Part shown: piece after piece, positions 22,390 through 30,649 of the stretch
Layout: each line of letters begins with the position of its first letter
Position numbering within the stretch: the stretch's first letter is position 1
Source of the DNA: Opitutia bacterium
GTDB taxonomy: Bacteria > Verrucomicrobiota > Verrucomicrobiia > Opitutales > Opitutaceae
Direction of reading: 5' to 3'
Length of the DNA: 64,000 nt
Assembly: GCA_947478395.1 (NCBI GenBank)
Contig: CANJVR010000002.1
Span: 768,001 to 832,000 of the forward strand
Program-made: the position numbers and the translations under genes
Notes under the pieces: generated by a model
What the model was told of the DNA's origin: nothing
What the model saw: the letters and a program-made list of their open reading frames with translations, nothing else
The model's database searches: none

Positions 22390-23691
22390 ATGTCGCGCCG
22401 CCATTTTCTGCGGAGCACCGGCATCGTGATGTCGCTGCCGTTCCTCGACGCGATGCTGCCGCCGTTTGCGCGCGCCGCCACGACAGCATCGCCGCTTGCG
22501 CCGGGCGCCAAGCCGCGCCGGATGTTCGGCATCTGCAACAATCTCGGCCTGCGGCCTGACCTTTTCTTCCCGAAGGACACCGGGGTGAACTACACCCCGT
22601 CGCCCTATCTCCAGCACTTGAACGAACACCGGCAGGATTTCACGGTGTTTAGCGGCGTCTCGCATCCGAATGTCGACGGCGGCCATCCGTCGGACATCGC
22701 CTTCCTCACCGCCGCGCCGCATCCCGCAAGCAGTTCGTTTCGCAACACGATCTCCCTCGATCAATATATCGCGGAGCGCATCGGTATCCTCACGCGATTC
22801 CCGTCGCTCACACTCGCGGTTAACGGCGGCGGCCGCGGCCTGTCGTGGACCGGCACCGGCGTCGCCATCCCTCCTGAGCAGAGTGCGTCCGAGGTGTTCA
22901 ACCAACTCTTTCTCCAAGGCACGCCCGAGCAGGTGCGGGGGCAGATCCACAATCTCGACACAGGCCGCAGCATCCTCGACGCCGTCGGAGAGCAGGCCAA
23001 GGATCTCCAGCGTGGCCTCGGTGAGCGCGACCGCAGCCGTCTCGACCAATATTTCACCAGCGTCCGCGACCTTGAGCACCGCCTGCAGGAATCGAAGGGT
23101 TGGGCGAGCAAATCCAAACCGGTCGTAAACGTCGCCCCGCCGAGCGACCCCGCCAACGCCGCGCAATACATGGCGAAGATCCGGGCGATGTATGATCTTA
23201 CGAAACTCGCGTTCGAGACCGACTCCACGCGCGCCGTCACGCTTATGCTCAACAGCGTCGGCACGCCGGTCATCACCGACACGGGCGAGACGCTCACGGA
23301 CAGCTACCACAACCTTTCTCACCACGGAAAGGCCGACGAAAAACTTTCGCAGCTCAAGATCATCGACGAGGGCCACATGAAGCTGCTCGCCAAACTTTTC
23401 GCCGACCTCAAAGCCGTACACGAAGGCGAGGACACGCTGCTCGACCGCACGATGGTCCTCTACGGTTCCAACCTCGGCGACGCCAACGCGCACTCGACCA
23501 CGAATATGCCGACGCTCTTTGCCGGCGGCGGCTTCCGTCACGGCCAGCACGTGTCGCTCGATCCGGACACCGGTATCTATCCGCTCCCGAATCTCTTTGT
23601 GTCGATGCTCCAACGCATGGGATTCGAGGATGGAAAATTTGCCTCGTCCACCGGCACGATGCGGGGCCTGGACCCCAAGGCCACGGCCTAG
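22390..23691 (+). CDS. DUF1552 family protein with Tat-like signal, copy 2
   Basis: [38 protein letters not shown] and YHNLSHH. Alternative GTG start at 22318. Confidence 0.88.
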   Translation: MSRRHFLRSTGIVMSLPFLDAMLPPFARAATTASPLAPGAKPRRMFGICNNLGLRPDLFFPKDTGVNYTPSPYLQHLNEHRQDFTVFSGVSHPNVDGGHPSDIAFLTAAPHPASSSFRNTISLDQYIAERIGILTRFPSLTLAVNGGGRGLSWTGTGVAIPPEQSASEVFNQLFLQGTPEQVRGQIHNLDTGRSILDAVGEQAKDLQRGLGERDRSRLDQYFTSVRDLEHRLQESKGWASKSKPVVNVAPPSDPANAAQYMAKIRAMYDLTKLAFETDSTRAVTLMLNSVGTPVITDTGETLTDSYHNLSHHGKADEKLSQLKIIDEGHMKLLAKLFADLKAVHEGEDTLLDRTMVLYGSNLGDANAHSTTNMPTLFAGGGFRHGQHVSLDPDTGIYPLPNLFVSMLQRMGFEDGKFASSTGTMRGLDPKATA

Positions 23692-23740
23692 AGCACGGTT
23701 GAGTTCTTCACCCGCGCCCGAACGTCTAAAAAAATCTCCT

Positions 23741-24376
23741 ATGTCTTCGCGTCTCGCGACCGCCCTCTGTTGCCTCGCTACTCTCCTGCTTGCCTCCCGC
23801 CTGGCCGGCACCGTGTTTACACCACCGCCGGGTCCGATGGCGACGCCGGCCCAAATCGCGGCGGTCCTCGCTACCATCCCGCCGCCGGCCGCGAGCGAAG
23901 TTATCGTGGACTTTGAGAAAGCCGAAATCGGCGAACCGGTGGTGAAGTGGGAGGAAAAAGGGGTCAGCTTCGCCCTCGCCGGTCCGCTCGTGCGCACGCC
24001 GGCGGCCAAGCCGCGCATGACGTTTTTCCCGCACCTCGCGACCGGACGGAAAGGCATTCTCAACGCGATGACCACCGATCAAGGCGTGCCGGTCAAAATG
24101 ACTTTCCCTCCCGCGGGCGCATCCTCGGTCACGCTCGTGCTCTGGGGTTCGACCGGATGCCCGGTGGTCGCCGAGGCCTTCGACAGTGAGGGTAAGCTGG
24201 TTGATCGAAAATCTTTCGACTCCGTGCCGAACCGAAAAGCTCCGAACGAGCCCGTCCCCTTTTTCATCGTCACGCTCACCGCCCCGGCGATCGCGACGGT
24301 CAATCTCAGCGGCCCACGCAACGGCGAATTTCTGGCCGCAGACGAAGTGCGCTTCGTGCCGGTGCCAGTAAAATGA
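23741..24376 (+). CDS. Secreted hypothetical protein, possible beta-sandwich
   Basis: Signal peptide, Pro/Ala linker and beta-rich domain from VDFE to ADEVRF; co-directional within the gene run. Confidence 0.65.
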   Translation: MSSRLATALCCLATLLLASRLAGTVFTPPPGPMATPAQIAAVLATIPPPAASEVIVDFEKAEIGEPVVKWEEKGVSFALAGPLVRTPAAKPRMTFFPHLATGRKGILNAMTTDQGVPVKMTFPPAGASSVTLVLWGSTGCPVVAEAFDSEGKLVDRKSFDSVPNRKAPNEPVPFFIVTLTAPAIATVNLSGPRNGEFLAADEVRFVPVPVK

Positions 24377-24424
24377 CCGCCCCACCTCGTGGCCTCACTT
24401 CCCAAAAAAAACAAAACGACGATC

Positions 24425-25339
24425 ATGAAAACAAATTCGCTCCTCCCGCTCCTCGCGACGGCGCTCGCGTTGTTCTCGTCGGCCGTCGCCGAGCCCGATC
24501 CTAATTTTCACATATTCCTCTGCTTCGGTCAGTCGAACATGGAAGGCGGCGGACGCATCGAAGAACGCGACCAGACCGTCGACAAACGCTTTCAAGTGCT
24601 GGCCGATTTCGACACGCCACGCAACGGCCGTAAGATGGGCCAGTGGTACGATGCCATTCCCCCGCTCACGCGTCGCACCAACGGCATATCGATGATGGAT
24701 TATTTCGGCCGGACAATGGTCGCCAACTTGCCCGCAAAATATCGCGTCGGCGTGGTGAAATTGGGCGTGTCAGGCACGCGCATTGAGCTTTGGGACAAAG
24801 ATGCTTTTCGCGCCTATCTCGACAACCTGCCTCCTGACGGACTCTGGAAAAAGCCCCTCGCCGATCAGTACGACGGGAATCCGTATGAATATCTCATCAA
24901 GCTCGCCAAGATCGCCCAGCAATCAGGCGTGATCAAAGGCATCCTGATTCATCAGGGAGAATCTAATTTCGAGGACCCGGACTGGCCTACGAAGGTGAAA
25001 AAAATCTACGACGACATTGTCGCGAATCTAAATCTGAATCCCAAGGACGTCGCGCTGCTCGCCGGCGAGGTCGTCAACGCCGATCACAAAGGCGAAAAAG
25101 CGAACGCCAACGTGATCATGAAAAACCTGCCGGTGACGTTGCCGAATTCCTACGTGATTTCCTCCGCTGGCGTACCGTGCAACAACGACCACCTCCATTT
25201 CACCGCAGACGGCCAACGGGAAATGGGACGGCGCTACGCGGTGCAAATGTTACAAGTGATGGGCTTCGAAGCGAAGGAACCGAAAGTGCCTTACGCGAGC
25301 GATTACCCGGCTGCCTCCGCAGCTGCGCCGAAACCCTGA
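24425..25339 (+). CDS. CE6-type acetylxylan esterase, second paralog
   Basis: DPNFHIFLCFGQSNMEG, DYFGRT, HQGESN and DHLHF; signal peptide. Confidence 0.85.
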   Translation: MKTNSLLPLLATALALFSSAVAEPDPNFHIFLCFGQSNMEGGGRIEERDQTVDKRFQVLADFDTPRNGRKMGQWYDAIPPLTRRTNGISMMDYFGRTMVANLPAKYRVGVVKLGVSGTRIELWDKDAFRAYLDNLPPDGLWKKPLADQYDGNPYEYLIKLAKIAQQSGVIKGILIHQGESNFEDPDWPTKVKKIYDDIVANLNLNPKDVALLAGEVVNADHKGEKANANVIMKNLPVTLPNSYVISSAGVPCNNDHLHFTADGQREMGRRYAVQMLQVMGFEAKEPKVPYASDYPAASAAAPKP

Positions 25340-25481
25340 TCGACTGGCGGGCAACACCGTTTTGGGACCGGCACGCTGGAAGCTGCCCCGGCGATTTCTC
25401 GGAAGTCGCTTTCGGGTTTAGACCGACGAATCGCTAAGGCTGGCGGGGCCAGCATCCCGCCTAGGGCGGTTTAACCCAAAG

Positions 25482-25579
25482 CGTAGCCGAGAAAGAAATC
25501 GCGGCAGGCGTCCCGGCCTGCCCAAAACGACGACGAACCCGGCAGGCAGAGACGCCTGCCGCTACGCAAAACGGCTACG
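25482..25579. repeat. REP-like inverted repeat doublet, copy 2, with outer cgtagccg/cggctacg arms
   Basis: Arms gcggcaggcgtcccggcctgcc (25501-25522) and ggcaggcagagacgcctgccgctac (25541-25565); same family as 10573-10640; between convergent genes. Confidence 0.75.
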
Positions 25580-25623
25580 GAAGAATCCAAACTGCGCCAG
25601 CTCGGGTGGCGTGTTGCGCTGGT

Positions 25624-26751
25624 TTAGCGCGTGACCGGCTTGTAGCCTTGCCACACCCATTCGAGGGCTTGCGGGTAGGTTTGGGCGATGACCTTGCCAT
25701 CCGTGTGCCCCGCACCTTTGGCATAGACGAACTGGTAGTGATAGCCCTTGGCTTTCAGCACATCGGCCATGCGGATGTTGGCGATGACCCAGTTGTGGAA
25801 CCCAGCCGAACCGGCCGTGGCGCCGTTGTCTCGCTCGCTGACGTGCAACCAGAGACGCAGCGGTTTGGCGGGCGTGTTTGGAACGATCGTCTCGTGGAGG
25901 CTCCACGCACCGTGCGGCGAGTCGGGGCCGACCTGCTGGTTAACAAACGTGCCCGAGTAAATGAGGGCGCGATGATACAGCTCGGGATGAAACCACGCCA
26001 TGTTGAACGCCGCCGATCCGCCCGAACTCCCGCCCAACGTCATACGGCCTTCAGGATCTTTCGTGAGCTTCACACCGTAGTCCTGCTCAACCTTCGATAG
26101 AATCTCCGCCTCGACGAACTCGGCATATTTGCCGGCAACGGTGTCGTACTCGAGGCCGCGTTCGCTGCCGCCACCATCGCCGCCGCCGTTGGCGATCATC
26201 ACGGCGATCATCGCGGGCAGGCGTTTTTCGGCGATCATGTTATCCAGGATGTTCGGCAGTTGGTTGTTTCGCGCGCCATACGCGTCGCACGACACGATGA
26301 ACGGCGCGGGCTGGCCGGCGACGTATTGGCTAGGAATGTAGACGGTTACCTTGCGCGTCGGCGTGGCACCGCGTTTTCCCGTGTCGGGGTAAAATTTGCT
26401 GTCGGCGGCGTTGAGCGTGAAACTCTCGATGCGGCCCTTGGGCACTCCGTCACGCGGGGTCGCCTCCGGCGCCGGCGCGTATTCGGGCCCGATGGAATAA
26501 TTGCCGTCGCCGTCGCCGGCTTTCCAAGCGGGGAAATTCGCGAGCCGCGCGAGCTCGGCCTGGTCGGCCTCGCTCAACGGAATCACCGGTCCGCGCGCAC
26601 CGCGTCGCGCACCGGCGGCGGCGGACGCGTCAGCGGCGGTGGCGGGCGCAGCAGCGGGTGCGACGTCAGCAGCGAAAAGCAGATTCATTCCGGACAACAC
26701 ACCGAGCACGGCAGAGGCGCGGACGAAGTGAGGGATCATTTTGGGGCACAT
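25624..26751 (-). CDS. Enterochelin-esterase-like (Fes-type) alpha/beta hydrolase, secreted
   Basis: GVPKG, VYIPSQY, LDNMIA, EYDT, GGSSGG elbow and GAGH; signal peptide (start 26751 or 26739). Confidence 0.82.
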   Translation of the reverse strand: MCPKMIPHFVRASAVLGVLSGMNLLFAADVAPAAAPATAADASAAAGARRGARGPVIPLSEADQAELARLANFPAWKAGDGDGNYSIGPEYAPAPEATPRDGVPKGRIESFTLNAADSKFYPDTGKRGATPTRKVTVYIPSQYVAGQPAPFIVSCDAYGARNNQLPNILDNMIAEKRLPAMIAVMIANGGGDGGGSERGLEYDTVAGKYAEFVEAEILSKVEQDYGVKLTKDPEGRMTLGGSSGGSAAFNMAWFHPELYHRALIYSGTFVNQQVGPDSPHGAWSLHETIVPNTPAKPLRLWLHVSERDNGATAGSAGFHNWVIANIRMADVLKAKGYHYQFVYAKGAGHTDGKVIAQTYPQALEWVWQGYKPVTR

Positions 26752-26886
26752 GGGATGGAGGGGGTTCGGGAGGAAAAAGTGTCGAACACGCGGCGTTTGT
26801 CCACGGGACATTGGCCGGAGTCATTTCGGCGAGAAAACCGTCGGACCCGCGAACCGGCCCCAACGATATTCGGCCTTCGCACGCGT

Positions 26887-28032
26887 TTATTTGGTGGCGG
26901 GTTTGTAATCCTGCCAGAGCCACTCCAGCGCGGGAGCCAGAGTTTGCGCGCGGACCGGTCGATCCACGTGGCCAGCTTCCTTGGCATAGACGAATTGATA
27001 GTGATAGCCCTTCGCCTTCAGCACGTCGGCCATATGAGCGTTGGCGAGCACCCAGTTCCCCATGCCGGCGTTCGAGCCGTTGGCGCCGTTGTCATTCTGC
27101 CCGACCTCCAGCCAGACCCGGAGCGGCTGGTTCGGCGTGGTCTTCGGGATAAAGTTCTCGTGGTACTCCCATGCACCGTGCGGCGCCGCTACGGGATCGT
27201 TGCGCAAATTGACGAAGGTGCCGGAGAAGACGAGCACCCGGCGATAAAGCTCGGGATGAAACCACGCCATCGAAAGCGCCGCCGCGCCGCCGGAGCTGCC
27301 GCCAAGCACCGCGCGCGCGTTGGCGTCGGTCGTGAAGGCGACGTTGCACTCCTTCATGACGCGCGGAAGCACCTCGGCCTCGATGAACTCGGCAAACTTA
27401 CCCGAGACCGTATCGTATTCGAGACTCCGCTGGTTGCTCGGCATGACCATCACGGCGATCATCGCGGGCAGCCGTTTGTCGGCGATCAGGTTGTCCAGAA
27501 TGGTCGGCAAATAAGGCGCCGGCTTGTTGTCATGCATGCCCATCGCGTCGTGACAGAACAACAGGGGCGCACGCGTGCCCGGAACGTATTGGGCGGGGAT
27601 GTACACGTTGACCTCGCGCGGTGCCGGCGGGGTGCCATCGCGACCGGGCGCGGGCGGATAAAACTTACTCTCGGCGAGGTCGAGGTGGAAGGTCACGACC
27701 TTGCCCTGCGGGACGCCCTCGCGCACCGCATTCTCGGGCGCAGGTGCGTACGGCGGGGACATGACATAGTCGCCCTCGCCTACGCCGGGTTTCCACGCGG
27801 GTAAATCGGCGAGCTTGGCGATGGTCGCCTGATCTTCAGGTGTCATCGGACCGCCACGAGCTCCGCGGCCACCTCCGCCGGGCGCGCCCGGCCGCGGTGT
27901 TGAAGGAGCGGCGGCTGGAGTCGCGCCGGTTGCAGCGGGCGCCGAGTCGGCCGCAATCAAAGACGTCGTGGGGGTCAGCCAGCAGGATAAAGCCGCCAGC
28001 ACAGTCAATCGGAGGTTTTTTTGGGGGAGCAT
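26887..28032 (-). CDS. Fes-type alpha/beta hydrolase, tandem paralog
   Basis: Same motifs as the neighbour: EYDTVSG, GGSSGG, AWFHPELY and MADVLKAKGYHYQFVYAK. Confidence 0.82.
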   Translation of the reverse strand: MLPQKNLRLTVLAALSCWLTPTTSLIAADSAPAATGATPAAAPSTPRPGAPGGGGRGARGGPMTPEDQATIAKLADLPAWKPGVGEGDYVMSPPYAPAPENAVREGVPQGKVVTFHLDLAESKFYPPAPGRDGTPPAPREVNVYIPAQYVPGTRAPLLFCHDAMGMHDNKPAPYLPTILDNLIADKRLPAMIAVMVMPSNQRSLEYDTVSGKFAEFIEAEVLPRVMKECNVAFTTDANARAVLGGSSGGAAALSMAWFHPELYRRVLVFSGTFVNLRNDPVAAPHGAWEYHENFIPKTTPNQPLRVWLEVGQNDNGANGSNAGMGNWVLANAHMADVLKAKGYHYQFVYAKEAGHVDRPVRAQTLAPALEWLWQDYKPATK

Positions 28033-28098
28033 GGAAGGAGAATGGGAGGAAATTTTATTCCAATTCGACCGCGGCTCAACGAGTGCGGAGGGGTGGAT

Positions 28099-29088
28099 TT
28101 ATTTTTTTGGTGACAGCCCGGCGCGTTCCGTGGCGGGATCGCTTTGCGGGAGGACCTTGAACTCGCCGATCTCGACTTTGCCTTCGCTCGGCTTAGCGGT
28201 GTTGACGAATCCCGGCACGGGCACATCGGTACCAAAGACTGGACCCGCCTGCGCCAGCATCGCCGGGAGCACGCGGCTGAAATCCTCTCGCCAGTCAACC
28301 AACATGGTTGTTCGCCACAAGAACGCCCGACCTCCGTCCGGCCTGCGCTTCGCCTCCAAGGCACTCAGGCTGATGTACAATTCATTGTCGAAGGCCGTCC
28401 ATGCGATTCGCTCGGCGCTTGAACTGCTCAACGCTTGGCTCGACACCGCTTGGTCGACTTTCCGCGCGCCGACGAGGGTTTTAATTACGTTTCGTTTGCG
28501 CGCTGGATCGAGATTCCTGAGACGCCGCGCTTCGTTGACGATCGCGTCCCGCAATTCCTCCTGCTCGAAAGTCCCCCGCAGCAACGGTTCCGCACCGTCC
28601 TGAAATATTTCCTGAACGGTCAGCGGTGTATCTGGCCGCGCGCCAAAATGGCCGAACTGCGACATCGTGCTGCGCACGTTGACCGCCTCGAGATAGACTC
28701 GGAAATTATCGTCGTTCCATGGATTCCCCTGCGGAATCTCATCTTTGAAATTCGAATCTCCCACGACGGCGAAGATGGCGATGGTAGGAATCGGCCCGCC
28801 TTCGCGGGCGCGGATGAACCCTTGTTTCTCTAACTCCGCGACCACAGCGCGCTCCACCACCGCGGGCTCCGGCAGTTTAACGCCCGCGACGATTTCTCCC
28901 AGCGTCTCACGACTCTGAAACAACAGGTAATAGATCGGCTGACCCGGTTTAGGGCGGAAACTTTCCGGCGACGGACTAGCGTCGGCGGAAATCAAGATAT
29001 CGAGCCCTTTGTCCTTCGCTCCAACTGTTGGCGCGAAGAATCCGCATATTATTCCTAAGCAAAGACCGAGCGGGGCCAGACTTTTCAT
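28099..29088 (-). CDS. Secreted hypothetical protein
   Basis: About 330-codon ORF filling the gap between co-directional genes; signal peptide MKSLAPLGLCLG...VGA. Confidence 0.65.
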   Translation of the reverse strand: MKSLAPLGLCLGIICGFFAPTVGAKDKGLDILISADASPSPESFRPKPGQPIYYLLFQSRETLGEIVAGVKLPEPAVVERAVVAELEKQGFIRAREGGPIPTIAIFAVVGDSNFKDEIPQGNPWNDDNFRVYLEAVNVRSTMSQFGHFGARPDTPLTVQEIFQDGAEPLLRGTFEQEELRDAIVNEARRLRNLDPARKRNVIKTLVGARKVDQAVSSQALSSSSAERIAWTAFDNELYISLSALEAKRRPDGGRAFLWRTTMLVDWREDFSRVLPAMLAQAGPVFGTDVPVPGFVNTAKPSEGKVEIGEFKVLPQSDPATERAGLSPKK

Positions 29089-29197
29089 GGTGGGAAAGTT
29101 CTTCCGGCCCAAGTGGGTTTCACCATCGGTTTAATTGTTTTGGCGCACGGTCGCGCCACGAACGCCCTCGGCAATCAAGTCACCCGAAATCCTGCGC

Positions 29198-30649
29198 TCA
29201 GATATTCGCTAGGCGGCCGGTGGAATCGCCAAATCTCTCGACGCCTTTCGCGCCCATGCGGTCCATCAGGCTGAGGTACAGATTGGTGAGGGGGGCGGGC
29301 TGATGCTGGACATATCGTCCGGTGTCGAGCACGCCGCCGCCGCCGCCGGCCAAGATGATCGGCAGGTTGGCGTGCGTGTGGCGGTTGCCATCACCGTTGC
29401 CGCAGCCGTACAGGATCATGGAGTTGTCCAGCAGGGATTTTCCATCCACGTCCTTAGACTTTTCCATTTTATCGAGGAAGTAGGCGAACTGCGTGGCATA
29501 CCATTTATCGATGACGCAGGTCTTGGCGACCAAGTCGGGCTTGTTGCCATGGTGGGTGCAGTAATGGTGGCCATCGGGGATGCCGATTTCGTCGAAGGCG
29601 CGATTGCTGCCTTCGCCGGCGAGCAGGAAGGTCGCGATCCGGGTATTATCCGTCTCAAACGCGAGATGGAGCATGTCCATGTTGAGGCGGATATATTCGG
29701 TGAAACTCTCCGGAATGCCGGAAGGAGTTTCCATGCCGGGAGCGGGATGCGCGGTCACGGATTTCTCCGCGCGCTCGATCCGCTGTTCGATCTCGCGCAC
29801 GCTGGTGAGGTATTGGTCGAGCTTCTCTTTGTCGCGCGCGGTGAACCCGCCGGAGCCCAGACCGTCTTTCGAGGCGCCCGCGAGCTCACGGGCGATGCTA
29901 CGACTTTCGTTGGCTACGTAGTCGAGAATGGAGCGCTGCTGCCGCTGGCGCATGAGCAAGTTTTGTTTGCGCTCTGCAGGCGAACCGGAGCCGAATAAAC
30001 GCTCAAATAGCAGGCGCGGATCCGCCTCGGGGGCGACGGGTGCAGTGGGCGAACTCCACGCCATGTTGTGCTGATAGACGCAGGCGTAGCCGCTGTCGCA
30101 GTCGCCGGCGGTCCGCAGGGAGTCGCAGGAAATCTCGAGCGACTTGAACGGCGTGGCGTGGCCCACCTGCTGCGCGATAACCTGGTCGACGGAAACTCCT
30201 GAATGAAAATCCGCGCCCTGGGTTTTCTTCACGCGTACGCCGGTAAGAAATGAGCCGCCCGCGCGACCGTGGTCGCCTGCGCCGTCGGGTCCTGCTGTCG
30301 CGGGTTCGAGCGCCAGCCCGCCAAGAATCTGAATCTTGTTTTTGTGGCCGGCCAGCCCCGCCATCGTTTCATTGAGCGCAAAATTGCGTCCCTCACCAGT
30401 GGGCCACCACTTGGCCGGAAAGGTGCCATTGGCGAACTGAAAAAACGCGAGGCGCAGCGGGGCGCCCGAAGGAGTGACCGCGCCGGCGGCGACCGCCTCG
30501 GTTAGCGCTGCGCCGCTCAGGCGAGGCAGGAACGATTCGAGGGCCGGCAGGGCAATGGCTGCGCCGACACCACGCAAAAAATTCCGACGGCTAAAACTCA
30601 AATGGCGCTCGGCGGCAAGGTTACGATGGGAGGAACGGGGCGTGTTCAT
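29198..30649 (-). CDS. DUF1552 family protein with Tat-like signal, copy 3
   Basis: SRRNFLRG..IALPALES, GDHGR, SVDQVIA, CDSGYAC, LAFETDNTR and HHYCTHH. Confidence 0.9.
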   Translation of the reverse strand: MNTPRSSHRNLAAERHLSFSRRNFLRGVGAAIALPALESFLPRLSGAALTEAVAAGAVTPSGAPLRLAFFQFANGTFPAKWWPTGEGRNFALNETMAGLAGHKNKIQILGGLALEPATAGPDGAGDHGRAGGSFLTGVRVKKTQGADFHSGVSVDQVIAQQVGHATPFKSLEISCDSLRTAGDCDSGYACVYQHNMAWSSPTAPVAPEADPRLLFERLFGSGSPAERKQNLLMRQRQQRSILDYVANESRSIARELAGASKDGLGSGGFTARDKEKLDQYLTSVREIEQRIERAEKSVTAHPAPGMETPSGIPESFTEYIRLNMDMLHLAFETDNTRIATFLLAGEGSNRAFDEIGIPDGHHYCTHHGNKPDLVAKTCVIDKWYATQFAYFLDKMEKSKDVDGKSLLDNSMILYGCGNGDGNRHTHANLPIILAGGGGGVLDTGRYVQHQPAPLTNLYLSLMDRMGAKGVERFGDSTGRLANI

